NCBI GenBank assembly: GCA_947473475.1
Contig: CANJBZ010000009.1
Location: forward strand, 21,919-85,918
Origin: Alphaproteobacteria bacterium
GTDB lineage: Bacteria; Pseudomonadota; Alphaproteobacteria; Micropepsales; Micropepsaceae
Direction of reading: 5' to 3'
Length of the DNA: 64,000 nucleotides
Shown one piece after another: positions 9,793-18,672 of the stretch. The notes under the pieces were generated by a model, which was not told the DNA's origin, ran no database searches, and saw only the letters and a list, made by a program, of their open reading frames with translations. The translations under genes and the position numbers were made by a program. Every line of letters starts with the position of its first letter. Within the stretch, counting starts at the first letter, position 1.

Positions 9793-10820
9793 GCGCGGCT
9801 CCTGATACGAGCGACCACTTGGCCCACATGCGCCGGCGGCGTCTCAGGAAGAATTCCGTGCCCCAGATTGAAGATGAAGGGCTTTCCGTCCGTGGCGGCA
9901 AGAATTTCGTCGACGGCTTTATCGAGTGCCGCACCGCCTGCGATCAGAGCGATCGGATCGAGATTGCCTTGCAGCACAACACGGTCTGCCAATTTAGCCG
10001 CCGCCCAACGCATCGAAGACGCTGTGTCGATGCTCACCGCATTGACCCCTACCGTCCCGGCATAGGCGATGTAACCCGTTTCGGTAGCGGCCCGTGGAAA
10101 GCCGATGATTTTCGCATCCGGCTTCGACTTGCGCACAATGTCCACAACCCGCCGGTTCGGCTCGACAACCCAGCTCTGGAAAGCAGCCTGCGCCATTCCG
10201 CCTGCCCAGGAATCGAATATCTGCACAGCATCCGCGCCCGCCTCAATTTGGCGCAGCAAATGCCAAGCCACCGCATCGACCAGCACATCAAGCAGTTTGG
10301 CGAACTCGTCGGGTTTTCGATACGCGGCAAGCTTCGCTGCGCGCTGGTCCGGGGAACCTTTTCCCTCCAGCATATAGGCTGCCAAGGTCCAAGGCGCCCC
10401 TGCAAAGCCTATCAAGGCCTTATTCGCCGGCAGAGTGGCGCGTGTAGCACGCATCGCCTCATAAACCGGTGCGAGCTTTGTTAGCCACTCGCCTTCGTCT
10501 CGGACTAGTTGGTCAGCGCCTGGAAAGCGATCCAGAATCGGCCCATGACCATCTTCGAAGCGCACTCCCTGTCCCAAGGCGAAAGGCACCACCAGGATGT
10601 CAGAGAATAAAATCGCCGCGTCCAGATCGAAACGGGTGATCGGCTGCAGCGTCACCTCAACAGCCAGTTCCGGAGACATACACATGGTCCAAAACGATCC
10701 GGCTTGTTTCCGTACGGCCTGATACTCCGGCAGATACCGTCCCGCTTGCCGCATCAGCCAGATCGGCGGAGGACGAACGACTTTCCGGTTCAACACCGCC
10801 AGCAGAGAAGTTTCGCTCAA
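9789..10820 (-). CDS. hemE: uroporphyrinogen decarboxylase
   Basis: 343 aa with the PIWLMRQAGRYLPEY signature. It uses a TTG start at 10818-10820 preceded by AAGGAAAG, and overlaps the hemH start by 4 nt. Confidence 0.95.
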   Translation of the reverse strand: MSETSLLAVLNRKVVRPPPIWLMRQAGRYLPEYQAVRKQAGSFWTMCMSPELAVEVTLQPITRFDLDAAILFSDILVVPFALGQGVRFEDGHGPILDRFPGADQLVRDEGEWLTKLAPVYEAMRATRATLPANKALIGFAGAPWTLAAYMLEGKGSPDQRAAKLAAYRKPDEFAKLLDVLVDAVAWHLLRQIEAGADAVQIFDSWAGGMAQAAFQSWVVEPNRRVVDIVRKSKPDAKIIGFPRAATETGYIAYAGTVGVNAVSIDTASSMRWAAAKLADRVVLQGNLDPIALIAGGAALDKAVDEILAATDGKPFIFNLGHGILPETPPAHVGQVVARIRSRA

Positions 10821-10830
10821 GGAGCTTTCC

Positions 10831-10845
10831 TTAATAATCAGTTAT
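10831..10845. promoter_or_regulatory. CtrA-box-like site TTAATAATCAGTTAT
   Basis: TTAA-N7-TTAT has one mismatch to the TTAA-N7-TTAA CtrA consensus. It lies inside the AT-rich tract next to hemE. Confidence 0.35.
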
Positions 10846-10961
10846 AGAATCTTGTAATGATGATGGTGTTGTGGCGGTAAACTGTGGAGCATTGTGCCCC
10901 TGAGAGGGCTCACTTACGCCGTAGCATGCGGATTCCGCAAGGGTAGCCCTGTGGGGACCAC

Positions 10962-10970
10962 TGGGGATAA
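10962..10970. promoter_or_regulatory. DnaA-box-like 9-mer TGGGGATAA
   Basis: 8 of 9 matches to TGTGGATAA, the complement of TTATCCACA. Confidence 0.4.
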
Positions 10971-11045
10971 GCCGGTGCGTTAACCGTTGTTGTACGCAGA
11001 GGGCTCGAGACCGGGTTATCGCTGTGGGTGAATCTTGGATGAATC

Positions 11046-11864
11046 ATGGCTCGTGAGTATCATTTGCACCTCATCTCCGATGCGACAGGTGAAACGCTCA
11101 ACACCGTCGCCAAGGCAGTCTGCGCGCAATTCGAAGGTGTCACGTCGCGAGAGCACATCTATTCCTTGGTGCGAAGCGAACGCCAGCTTCAACGTGCGAT
11201 GGAACATATCGGCGCTAACCCAGGCATTGTGTTTTTCACGATGGTCAACACAGCGTTGCGAAAGTCTCTGGAGGCAGAATGTGGCAGGCTGAACGTGCCA
11301 TGTGTGTCCATCCTGGACAGTGCCGTGGAATCCATGGGCAAATTTTTGGGTGTCGAGGAGACGCATCGGCCTGGTGGTCAGCATGAGGTCGATTCTCGCT
11401 ACCTCGAGCGTGTAGAAGCCCTGAATTTTGCCATTCAGCATGACGACGGGCAAAATTTGAAAAACCTGTCCGGGGCGGACGTCATTCTTGTGGGCGTAAG
11501 CCGCTGTTCCAAAACACCGACATGCGTTTATCTGGCGATTCGTGGCGTGCGGGCTGCGAACATTCCGATCGTTCCCGGAGTCGAACCCGATGATGAATTG
11601 TTTGCGCTGCAAAAGCCTCTCTATGTCGGCTTATGGCTTTCACCTGACAGGCTGTTACAGATCCGGCGCAATCGTCTGGCGACCATGGGCGAGACGAAAA
11701 GTTCGGATTATGTGAGCGAAGAGGCTGTGCGCAACGAGGTAAATTTTACACGCCGCTTGTTCGACCGCTTCGATTGGCCAACGATCGATGTAACCCGGCG
11801 CTCCATTGAAGAAACCGCCGCAACGATCTTGAATTTGCTCGCCGACCGCAGACCCGCCCTATGA
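11046..11864 (+). CDS. pyruvate, phosphate dikinase / PEP synthase regulatory protein (DUF299 kinase-pyrophosphorylase)
   Basis: 272 aa with the P-loop-like GVSRCSKTPTCVYLA typical of the PpsR/PDRP family. Confidence 0.9.
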   Translation: MAREYHLHLISDATGETLNTVAKAVCAQFEGVTSREHIYSLVRSERQLQRAMEHIGANPGIVFFTMVNTALRKSLEAECGRLNVPCVSILDSAVESMGKFLGVEETHRPGGQHEVDSRYLERVEALNFAIQHDDGQNLKNLSGADVILVGVSRCSKTPTCVYLAIRGVRAANIPIVPGVEPDDELFALQKPLYVGLWLSPDRLLQIRRNRLATMGETKSSDYVSEEAVRNEVNFTRRLFDRFDWPTIDVTRRSIEETAATILNLLADRRPAL

Positions 11865-12460
11865 CACCGCCGTTGATTCTGGCATCCACCAGCTCAAGCC
11901 GCCGTATGATGCTGGATGCGGCCGGCGTGACCTTCAGCGCTGTCGCTCCTAATGTCGATGAGACGATGCTGCAGCAATCATTGACGCGTGATGGAGCTGG
12001 TCCCGGCCTGGTTGCGGAAAGATTGGCCGAAGCCAAGGCGACGGCCGTCAGCGAGAATTTTCCGGGCGCTCTTGTGCTTGGCGGCGATCAAGTTCTGGTG
12101 TGCGGGAATCACATTTTCAACAAAGCGGTGGATGCTTCTGAAGCGCGTAAAACTCTGCTTGCGCTGAACGGCGCCGATCATGAATTGATCTCCGCCGCTG
12201 TGTTGGCGCGCGGGGGCAAGCCGGTTTGGCGGCATACGGATACGGCGCGGCTGCGTATGCGCAATTTCTCCGACGCTTTTCTTGACGAATATCTGGCCGC
12301 AGAGTTGCCGGATATTCTGGGATCGGTCGGCTGCTACAGAATTGAGGGCCGCGGCGCGCAGCTTTTCGCCAGCATCGAGGGCGACCAGTTTTGCATTCGT
12401 GGCCTGCCGCTTATCGCTGTGCTTGAGGCTCTGCGCCAATTTGGAGCGCTTGTTCGATGA
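11861..12460 (+). CDS. maf: Maf-like nucleoside triphosphate pyrophosphatase
   Basis: 199 aa with the LILASTSSSRRMML N-terminus and the Maf fold pattern. There is a 4-nt start/stop overlap with the upstream gene. Confidence 0.9.
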   Translation: MTPPLILASTSSSRRMMLDAAGVTFSAVAPNVDETMLQQSLTRDGAGPGLVAERLAEAKATAVSENFPGALVLGGDQVLVCGNHIFNKAVDASEARKTLLALNGADHELISAAVLARGGKPVWRHTDTARLRMRNFSDAFLDEYLAAELPDILGSVGCYRIEGRGAQLFASIEGDQFCIRGLPLIAVLEALRQFGALVR

Positions 12461-13305
12461 CGACCGTGCCCCGCTTGGCTGCTGTGATGGGTTGGCCGAT
12501 ACACCAATCTTTGTCGCCGCTGATGCACAATCATTGGCTCCGCCAGCATGCTATTTCGGGCAGCTATATCCCGTTGCCCATCGCGCCGGAAAATTTCAGC
12601 CGTTGCGTGGCGGCAATGCCGCTAATGGGTTTTGCGGGCGCAAACGTAACCGTACCGCACAAAGAATCGGCGTTTGCCTTGTCTGCGACGCTGGATGACG
12701 ACGCGCGCGCAACCGGTGCCGTGAACACCATTATATTTGCCGGCGGCCTTATACACGGGCGCAACACCGATGTGACTGGGTTCGCTGCCAGTCTTGCAGA
12801 ACAGCTCGGGCCAGAGGCCGCCCGTAAAGGTCCGGTGGTCGTCCTTGGCGCAGGCGGCGCCGCACGGGCGGTTGTTGTCGCCTTGGCGCGGGCGGGGGCA
12901 CCGGAAATCCGCATCGTGAACCGCACCATGGCGCGCGCCGAAACGCTAGCCGTCACGTTCGGCCAATCCGCCAACATTCGGGCGCTTGCCTGGGGCGATT
13001 GGGCCGTGGCATTTTACGGCGCAAAGCTTCTGGTGAACACGACGAGCCTGGGTATGACAGGCAAAGCACCGTTGGATATGGACCTCACGGGGATGTCCAC
13101 CGACGCGGCTGTTGCCGACATCGTCTACAATCCCCTAGAAACCCCTCTCCTCAAAATGGCGCGCGAACGTGGCCTGCGCACCATGGACGGATTGGGCATG
13201 CTTATGCATCAAGCCGTTCCGGCCTTCGCGGCCTGGTTCGGGGTAACCCCGGCGGTTACACCAGAGCTGCGGCGGCTCCTTGTGGACGCGCTTCCTCGTG
13301 GCTGA
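12457..13305 (+). CDS. aroE: shikimate dehydrogenase
   Basis: 282 aa with the SLSPLMHN and GANVTVPHK signatures and the [13 protein letters not shown] motif. Confidence 0.95.
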   Translation: MTTVPRLAAVMGWPIHQSLSPLMHNHWLRQHAISGSYIPLPIAPENFSRCVAAMPLMGFAGANVTVPHKESAFALSATLDDDARATGAVNTIIFAGGLIHGRNTDVTGFAASLAEQLGPEAARKGPVVVLGAGGAARAVVVALARAGAPEIRIVNRTMARAETLAVTFGQSANIRALAWGDWAVAFYGAKLLVNTTSLGMTGKAPLDMDLTGMSTDAAVADIVYNPLETPLLKMARERGLRTMDGLGMLMHQAVPAFAAWFGVTPAVTPELRRLLVDALPRG

Positions 13306-13924
13306 AGCAAGCCGTCGAAAGCCCTTCATCGTCGGCCTCACCGGCTCCATCGGAATGGGCAAAAGCGAGACGGCGAAATTGTTCGCGCGGCTCGGCATTC
13401 CGGTCCATGACGCCGACGCAGCAGTGCATGCGCTGTACGAAAAAGGTGGCGCCGCCGTTGCACCGATCGAACAGGCGTTTTCCGGAGCGGTGAAGGATGG
13501 GCGCGTAGACCGTGCCGCACTTACCGCGCTGCTCGGCGGCAATCCGCAAGCGTTCCGCCGGTTGGAAGCGATCGTCCATCCTTTGGTTCGCGAATCCGAG
13601 CGCAGCTTTCTTCAGGCTGCCTCCGAACGCGGCGATGAACTTGTTGTGCTCGACATCCCTCTTCTGCTGGAAACAGGCGGCGATGCGCGTGTCGATACGC
13701 TCGTCGTGGTGTCCTCAAAGCCCGATATTCAGCGCGCGCGGGTTCTGGCGCGTCCGGGTATGACGCCCGAGAAACTCGACGCGATTCTTGCCAGACAGCT
13801 TCCGGATGTGGACAAGCGCGCCAAAGCCGATTTCGTGATTGAGACCGAGCAAGGGTTGGCCCAAGCTTTCCAGGACGTGAAGCGAGTCGTTGCCGCCTTA
13901 CGCGAGCGCGCGAAAAACAGATAG
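13298..13924 (+). CDS. coaE: dephospho-CoA kinase
   Basis: P-loop [12 protein letters not shown] chose the GTG at 13298 (overlapping the aroE stop as GTGGCTGA). The ORF is open from a TTG at 13280. Confidence 0.9.
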   Translation: MAEASRRKPFIVGLTGSIGMGKSETAKLFARLGIPVHDADAAVHALYEKGGAAVAPIEQAFSGAVKDGRVDRAALTALLGGNPQAFRRLEAIVHPLVRESERSFLQAASERGDELVVLDIPLLLETGGDARVDTLVVVSSKPDIQRARVLARPGMTPEKLDAILARQLPDVDKRAKADFVIETEQGLAQAFQDVKRVVAALRERAKNR

Positions 13925-13926
13925 CC

Positions 13927-14628
13927 ATGCGGGAAATCGTTCTTGATACCGAAACCACCGGACTTGATCCGGCGAGTCATCGCATCATCGAAATCTGCTG
14001 CATCGAGCTGGACAACCATCTGCCGACCGGCAAGTTCTTTCACAAGCTGGTCCATCCCGAACGCGACATTCCCGAAGAATCCACGCGCATCCACGGATTG
14101 ACGCTGGATAAACTCGCCGATGCGCCGCTTTTTGACCAGATCGCAGAAGACCTTCTGGCCTTCATCGCCGATTCACCGCTGGTCATTCACAACGCCGAGT
14201 TCGACATAAAATTCCTCAACGCGGAATTTGCCCGCCTTGAGCGTCCGTCCATTCCGATGGCCCGCAGCATCGATACGGTGGCGCTGGCGAAACGCCGCTT
14301 TCCGGGCTCGCGCTATTCGCTGGACGAACTCTGCCGCCGCTTCAATATCGACCTGTCAGGGCGCGAGAAGCATGGCGCCCGCATCGACACCGAGCTTCTG
14401 GCGCAGGTCTATCTCGAACTCGTGGGCGGCCGTCAGGCGCGGCTGCACCTTGCACCCGGCGATGAGCGTACTGCCGGCATCGGTTTCACCCGTGTGGCCA
14501 AGCCCCGGCCTCAACCCCTCCCGGCGCGGCTGTTGCCGGAGGAGCGTGAGGCACACGCCCGTTTCGTCGCGGGCGACGTGGAAGGCGACGTTATCTGGCG
14601 CTGGGCTGCCGCGGAACTAGCCGGCTAG
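13927..14628 (+). CDS. dnaQ: DNA polymerase III epsilon subunit (3'-5' exonuclease)
   Basis: 233 aa with Exo I LDTETTGLD, Exo II HNAEFDIKFL and Exo III HGARIDTELLAQVY. Confidence 0.95.
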   Translation: MREIVLDTETTGLDPASHRIIEICCIELDNHLPTGKFFHKLVHPERDIPEESTRIHGLTLDKLADAPLFDQIAEDLLAFIADSPLVIHNAEFDIKFLNAEFARLERPSIPMARSIDTVALAKRRFPGSRYSLDELCRRFNIDLSGREKHGARIDTELLAQVYLELVGGRQARLHLAPGDERTAGIGFTRVAKPRPQPLPARLLPEEREAHARFVAGDVEGDVIWRWAAAELAG

Positions 14629-14629
14629 G

Positions 14630-14661
14630 GCATGATCCGATCAAAAGGAATCGGATCATGC
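14630..14661. terminator. perfect 12-bp stem hairpin between convergent dnaQ and secB
   Basis: GCATGATCCGAT-CAAAAGGA-ATCGGATCATGC, starting 2 nt after the dnaQ stop. There is no strong U-tract, so it could be a bidirectional terminator or a protein-binding palindrome. Confidence 0.5.
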
Positions 14662-14726
14662 TCTAGATTCCTTGGTTTGGCACGCAATCTAACGGCGAAC
14701 CGGCGTCCACTTCGCCGGGTTGCGCT

Positions 14727-15221
14727 CTAGACCGGCTGCGGCGCATTTCCCGAGTTCTGCGCTTCCATCATCTTGCTGCGATAGAGCGCGGCAAAGTCGA
14801 TCGGCTCGATCATCAGGGGGGGCAGCCCGCCATCGCTTACGATGTCGGACACGATCCGGCGCATATAGGGGAAGAGGAGCCGGGGGCACTCGATCAGCAG
14901 GAAAGGCTGTAGGGCTTCCTCAGGAACCTTATCCAGCACGAAGATGCCGCCATAAGCGATTTCGAGAAGGAACAGCGTCCGTTCCTCCTGCTGCGCCGTC
15001 ACGCGCATCTTGATGACAACCTCGTAAGGTCCGCTGTCCTGCATCCGGCGGGCCTGCAGATCGACGGTAAAATCGATCTGGGGACGCTGGATGTTGACGC
15101 CCATCGATGGATTTTCGAAGGACAGATCCTTAATGTACTGGGCCGCGACCTGAATAGACGGCAATTGCTGCTGCGATGCGTCAGGGGGGGCGCCGCCATT
15201 GGGGTCGGTGATATCGGCCAT
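14727..15221 (-). CDS. secB: protein-export chaperone SecB
   Basis: 164 aa. QYIKDLSFENP and the following beta-rich core match SecB. Confidence 0.9.
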   Translation of the reverse strand: MADITDPNGGAPPDASQQQLPSIQVAAQYIKDLSFENPSMGVNIQRPQIDFTVDLQARRMQDSGPYEVVIKMRVTAQQEERTLFLLEIAYGGIFVLDKVPEEALQPFLLIECPRLLFPYMRRIVSDIVSDGGLPPLMIEPIDFAALYRSKMMEAQNSGNAPQPV

Positions 15222-15480
15222 GATGATCCGTTCCGGTTTTGGGTGAAGCTCGTGCGGGGGAGGGCGCTAGCACGGATCGCGCAAGCGTGACAAGCATATG
15301 CTGGGCGCCGCTCCTGTCATAAAGGCCGGTCTTTCGCCATATTCGAGGGGCGAGGTGGAAAATGCCCTTCCAAGCCTGGACCCGGACCCGTGGCGGGGCT
15401 AGGCTAAATCCTTGAGCAAAGCTTTGGGCATATGATCGTTCGATCCGGCCATCGCAAAAGCTGAGCAGGCGTAATCTCTC

Positions 15481-16173
15481 ATGCAAAATTTTCAGTTCTT
15501 CGACGTGATCCTTTTGGCCTTGGTGACGGGCTTTATCGCCTTTCGTCTCTACACCGTTCTGGGACGGCGCACGGGGAACGAGCGTTCGCCTGAAGAACGG
15601 GTGCGCCTGCCCGATAGGGCCAGCCCCAATCCGGCTCCCAAGCCGGTGCCCGTCAAGGACAACGTCGTCAGTCTTCCCGAACGCGCGGCCCAGGCTGGCG
15701 CCGGCCTGTCCAACGCGGGCGCTCAGCCCCGGGGCCTGTTGGATATCAAGCTTGCGGACCGCAGCTTCGACAGCGACCGCTTTCTGCAGGGCGCCCGTGC
15801 CGCCTATGAGATGATCGTCACGGCGTTTGCCCGCGGTGAACGCGATACGTTGCGGCCGCTGCTGTCCGGCGATGTGTTCGAGGCCTTCGATCGTGAAATC
15901 CGTGCCCGGGAAGCGAAGAAAGAGCGCGTCGATTTTACCTTCCTGTCGCTGAAAGCCGCACGGATCACAGGTGCGGCGCTAAAGGGCCAGACCGCCGAAG
16001 TAACGGTCACCTTTCAAAGCGAAGTCATGCTGGCGGGTTACGATCCCAGCGGCGCGCTGATCGAAGGCGATGCGAAATCCCCCCATCAGGTTTCGGAAGA
16101 TTGGGTCTTCGCGCGCGAAACGCGGGCGGGCGATCCGAACTGGACTCTGGTCTCGACCGCGAGCCATTCTTAA
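15481..16173 (+). CDS. Tim44-like domain protein (membrane anchored)
   Basis: 230 aa with an N-terminal TM helix and a C-terminal Tim44-like domain (FLQGARAAYEMIVTAF...WVFARE). It shows the conserved secB-Tim44-mltA neighbourhood of alphaproteobacteria. Confidence 0.8.
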   Translation: MQNFQFFDVILLALVTGFIAFRLYTVLGRRTGNERSPEERVRLPDRASPNPAPKPVPVKDNVVSLPERAAQAGAGLSNAGAQPRGLLDIKLADRSFDSDRFLQGARAAYEMIVTAFARGERDTLRPLLSGDVFEAFDREIRAREAKKERVDFTFLSLKAARITGAALKGQTAEVTVTFQSEVMLAGYDPSGALIEGDAKSPHQVSEDWVFARETRAGDPNWTLVSTASHS

Positions 16174-16177
16174 GGGC

Positions 16178-17497
16178 ATGACGCGATTCGTGGGTGTGTG
16201 CCGGCGCGCTCCGCGGCGGCTTGGGTGGTTTGCGGGACTTTTCGGAGTTCTCGCCCTGGCCGCATGTGCGTCCGCACCTAAGCCCATACCCGCCACGGTA
16301 TCCCACGCAGCACCGCCTCCCGCCGCAGCAAAACCTGCCGTACTTGAGAAGCCTGGTTTTGCGCTCGATGCGCAGCATTTCAGCGAATTGGAAGGCTGGG
16401 ATGACGCCGATCCCCTGAAGGGACTGGACGCATTCCGCCGCTCGTGCGTCGCTCTCCTGAACAGGGCGGCAGACGCGCCGTTAGGAGGTGTGGGCTATGC
16501 CGGCCGCGTGACCGATTGGGTCAGTTCCTGTCATGCCGCGATGTCGGTAAATCCATCGTCGCCGGAGAACGCCCGGCGCTTTTTCGAAGATAATTTTGTT
16601 CCTTATCAAGTTGCCCAGGCGAATTCCGACGGCCTGTTCACCGGCTATTACGAGCCGGAACTTAGAGGCAGCCGGATAAAGCACGGCGCCTTTCAAACGC
16701 CGCTTTATTCCGTGCCGTTCGATCTCGTCCGCCGCGACATGGGTGTTTACCGCGATACCTATGTCGGCCGCATGCTCAACAGCATGATGGCGATGGGCAT
16801 GATGATGATGCGGTTCGTGCCCTATCCGGCGCGCGCGGAAATCGAACGCGACGGGGTTCCGGCAAAGCCGTTGTTCTATGTCGACAATGCCGTCGACGCG
16901 TTCTTCCTGCAGATCCAGGGTTCGGGCCGCGTCATACTGGACGACGGCACCGTCGTTCGGGCCGCCTATGCCGGTCAGAACGGACAGCCTTACACCGCGA
17001 TAGGCGCTGTTCTTATCCAGCGCGGCTGGATGACACGCCAGCAGCTTTCCGCGCAATCGATTCGCGACTGGCTTGTGGCCCATCCCGCGGAAGCATCCGA
17101 GGTGATGAACACAAACGCGTCCTTCGTATTTTTCGCGGAGAGGCCGGTGGGCGATCCCAGCCTCGGCGCCGTCGGGGCACAAGGCATACCTCTGACTCCG
17201 GAAGCCAGTCTTGCTGTCGATCGCTCCATTCACCCGTTCGGCGTTCCGATCTGGCTGGAATCGACGGCGCCGACGGAAGATTCGGATGTTTCGGAACGGC
17301 CTTTCGACGCCCTGCTGATAGCCCAGGATACGGGGGGCGCTATCAAGGGCGTGATCCGCGGCGACGTCTATTGGGGCTACGGCAACGCGGCAGGAATCGT
17401 TGCCGGCAAGATGAAGCATCCCGGCCGCATGAGTGTGCTGCTGCCGCGCGAATTGGCGGTGAAGCTCGGGACGCACGCGACATTTGCGCTGCCCTGA
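16178..17497 (+). CDS. mltA: membrane-bound lytic murein transglycosylase A (lipoprotein)
   Basis: The start MTRFVG... is followed by the lipobox LALAAC. The MltA motifs GYYEPEL and QDTGGAIKG are present. The 5' extension back to 16070 overlaps the Tim44-like gene and was rejected. Confidence 0.9.
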   Translation: MTRFVGVCRRAPRRLGWFAGLFGVLALAACASAPKPIPATVSHAAPPPAAAKPAVLEKPGFALDAQHFSELEGWDDADPLKGLDAFRRSCVALLNRAADAPLGGVGYAGRVTDWVSSCHAAMSVNPSSPENARRFFEDNFVPYQVAQANSDGLFTGYYEPELRGSRIKHGAFQTPLYSVPFDLVRRDMGVYRDTYVGRMLNSMMAMGMMMMRFVPYPARAEIERDGVPAKPLFYVDNAVDAFFLQIQGSGRVILDDGTVVRAAYAGQNGQPYTAIGAVLIQRGWMTRQQLSAQSIRDWLVAHPAEASEVMNTNASFVFFAERPVGDPSLGAVGAQGIPLTPEASLAVDRSIHPFGVPIWLESTAPTEDSDVSERPFDALLIAQDTGGAIKGVIRGDVYWGYGNAAGIVAGKMKHPGRMSVLLPRELAVKLGTHATFALP

Positions 17498-18006
17498 TGA
17501 GCCGGAGAAGCAAAGGCGTCTCGGCGGAAGAAGAGGCTCTTTTCCGCTCCGCGTTGAAAGACGCAAAGCCCATCCGCAAACGCGAACGCCCGCCCATCGA
17601 TCCGCCCAAGCGTATCGTGGTGCACGTTCCCCATCCGCACTATCCCTCGCACCCCCCCTACAATGAACAGCCCGCGCCGCCGATCGGCGGCCACGCTGAA
17701 GGACATCTGCGGCGAGGCCGCATCGAGCCCGATGCCCGGATCGATCTGCATGGGCTGACCCAGGATGGCGCCTACCGTGCGCTGCTCCGTTTTCTTGTTC
17801 AGTGTCAGGGACAAGGTATGAGGTTTGTTCTGGTCATCACCGGCAAAGGCGGAATCCTGCGCAGCGCGTTGCCGTTATGGCTCGGACAGCCCGATTTGCG
17901 GGCGCTGGTCGCGGGATTGCGCGAAGCCCATGTGCGGCATGGCGGCGGCGGCGCGTTTTATGTGCTGCTGCGCGCCCCGCGGAGACTGGGAGAACCGCTG
18001 CGGTGA
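17497..18006 (+). CDS. Smr domain protein
   Basis: The start MSRRSKG overlaps the mltA stop (TGATG). The Smr motif is IDLHGLTQDGAYRALLRFL. Confidence 0.85.
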   Translation: MSRRSKGVSAEEEALFRSALKDAKPIRKRERPPIDPPKRIVVHVPHPHYPSHPPYNEQPAPPIGGHAEGHLRRGRIEPDARIDLHGLTQDGAYRALLRFLVQCQGQGMRFVLVITGKGGILRSALPLWLGQPDLRALVAGLREAHVRHGGGGAFYVLLRAPRRLGEPLR

Positions 18007-18419
18007 AGCAGAAGACCTCGACGCTTTCGGTGGCAACGCGCGGTCAGGGTTTCATCGACATCACCAGGGATGTTGCGCGCGCGGTTTCGGAGTCTGGCAT
18101 TTCAAGCGGGCTGCTGACGGTTTTCATTCAGCACACGTCGGCTTCGCTGGTCATTCAGGAAAATGCCGACACCGATGTGCTGCGCGATCTCAAGGATGCG
18201 TTCGCGGGTCTGGCGCCGCGTGACGCCGGCTACCGTCACACGACCGAAGGCACGGACGATATGCCCGCGCATATCCGCAGCGCGCTGACGCAATCGTCGT
18301 TGTCGATCCCGATTCAGAACGGCGCGCCCGCGCTTGGAACGTGGCAGGCCATCTACGTCTTCGAACATCGCGACGCACCGCACCACCGCACGGTGCTGCT
18401 GCATGTCATCGGGGAATGA
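18003..18419 (+). CDS. YjbQ/UPF0047 family (secondary thiamine-phosphate synthase-like) protein
   Basis: A GTG start overlaps the Smr stop (GTGA). HTSASLVIQENADTDVLRD and the HIRSAL motifs are typical of YjbQ. Confidence 0.85.
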   Translation: MKQKTSTLSVATRGQGFIDITRDVARAVSESGISSGLLTVFIQHTSASLVIQENADTDVLRDLKDAFAGLAPRDAGYRHTTEGTDDMPAHIRSALTQSSLSIPIQNGAPALGTWQAIYVFEHRDAPHHRTVLLHVIGE

Positions 18420-18454
18420 AAATGTTTTCGCGCGGAGCCGTGGAGGCCGCGGAG

Positions 18455-18658
18455 AAGAAAAAGGGGAACCACAAAGGACACGAAGAAGACACGAAGGTCA
18501 CTAAGAAATCTTGGCGCGCGTTGCGCGCCCGTTTCATAAATCGTCCCCACCTGCAGTCGAATTTCACATTACGCCGAAGACCGCAGACCTCTGAAAGAGA
18601 GTACAAACTTCGTGATCTTTGTGTCTCCTTCGTGTCCTTTGTGGTTCCCCTTCTTTTC
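18455..18658. repeat. palindromic MITE/REP-like element (copy 1)
   Basis: Arms of about 47-50 bp are inverted (18455-18505 vs 18607-18658). They share a perfect 25-bp core, AAGGGGAACCACAAAGGACACGAAG, at 18461-18485 and 18628-18652. The arms are made of CAC(A/G/T)AAG heptamers, and the centre holds a GGCGCGC-GTT-GCGCGCC hairpin. Confidence 0.75.
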
Positions 18659-18672
18659 GGGTTCCCGCAAAA

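Larger units (their letters stand above)
10821..11045. other. candidate chromosomal replication origin (oriC) / divergent promoter region
   Basis: Non-coding gap between divergent hemE and the DUF299 gene. It contains a 75% A+T tract at 10831-10866, DnaA-box-like TGGGGATAA, four TGTGG cores, TTAA-N7-TTAT and four GANTC sites. Gene orientation flips here. hemE-adjacent origins are known in Caulobacter and other alphaproteobacteria. Confidence 0.55.

Noticed and set aside
15222-15480. 259-bp secB / Tim44-like divergent intergenic region, inspected for an sRNA or small ORF (a 33-codon ATG ORF and the AGCATATGCT palindrome).
   Set aside because: There is no SD, no terminator and no recognisable RNA motif. 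It is most simply a divergent promoter region.
16481-17566. 361-aa minus-strand ORF.
   Set aside because: Antisense to mltA, whose frame has a lipobox and the GYYEPEL and DTGGAIKG motifs.
18455-18658. Possibility that the heptamer repeats are a CRISPR array or a small-protein gene (the FVSFVSFVV / KGHEEDTK ORFs).
   Set aside because: The units are 7-nt motifs at 9-11-nt spacing, arranged as an inverted repeat. They are not 25-40-bp direct repeats separated by unique spacers. The ORFs on both strands are mirror artefacts of the palindrome.
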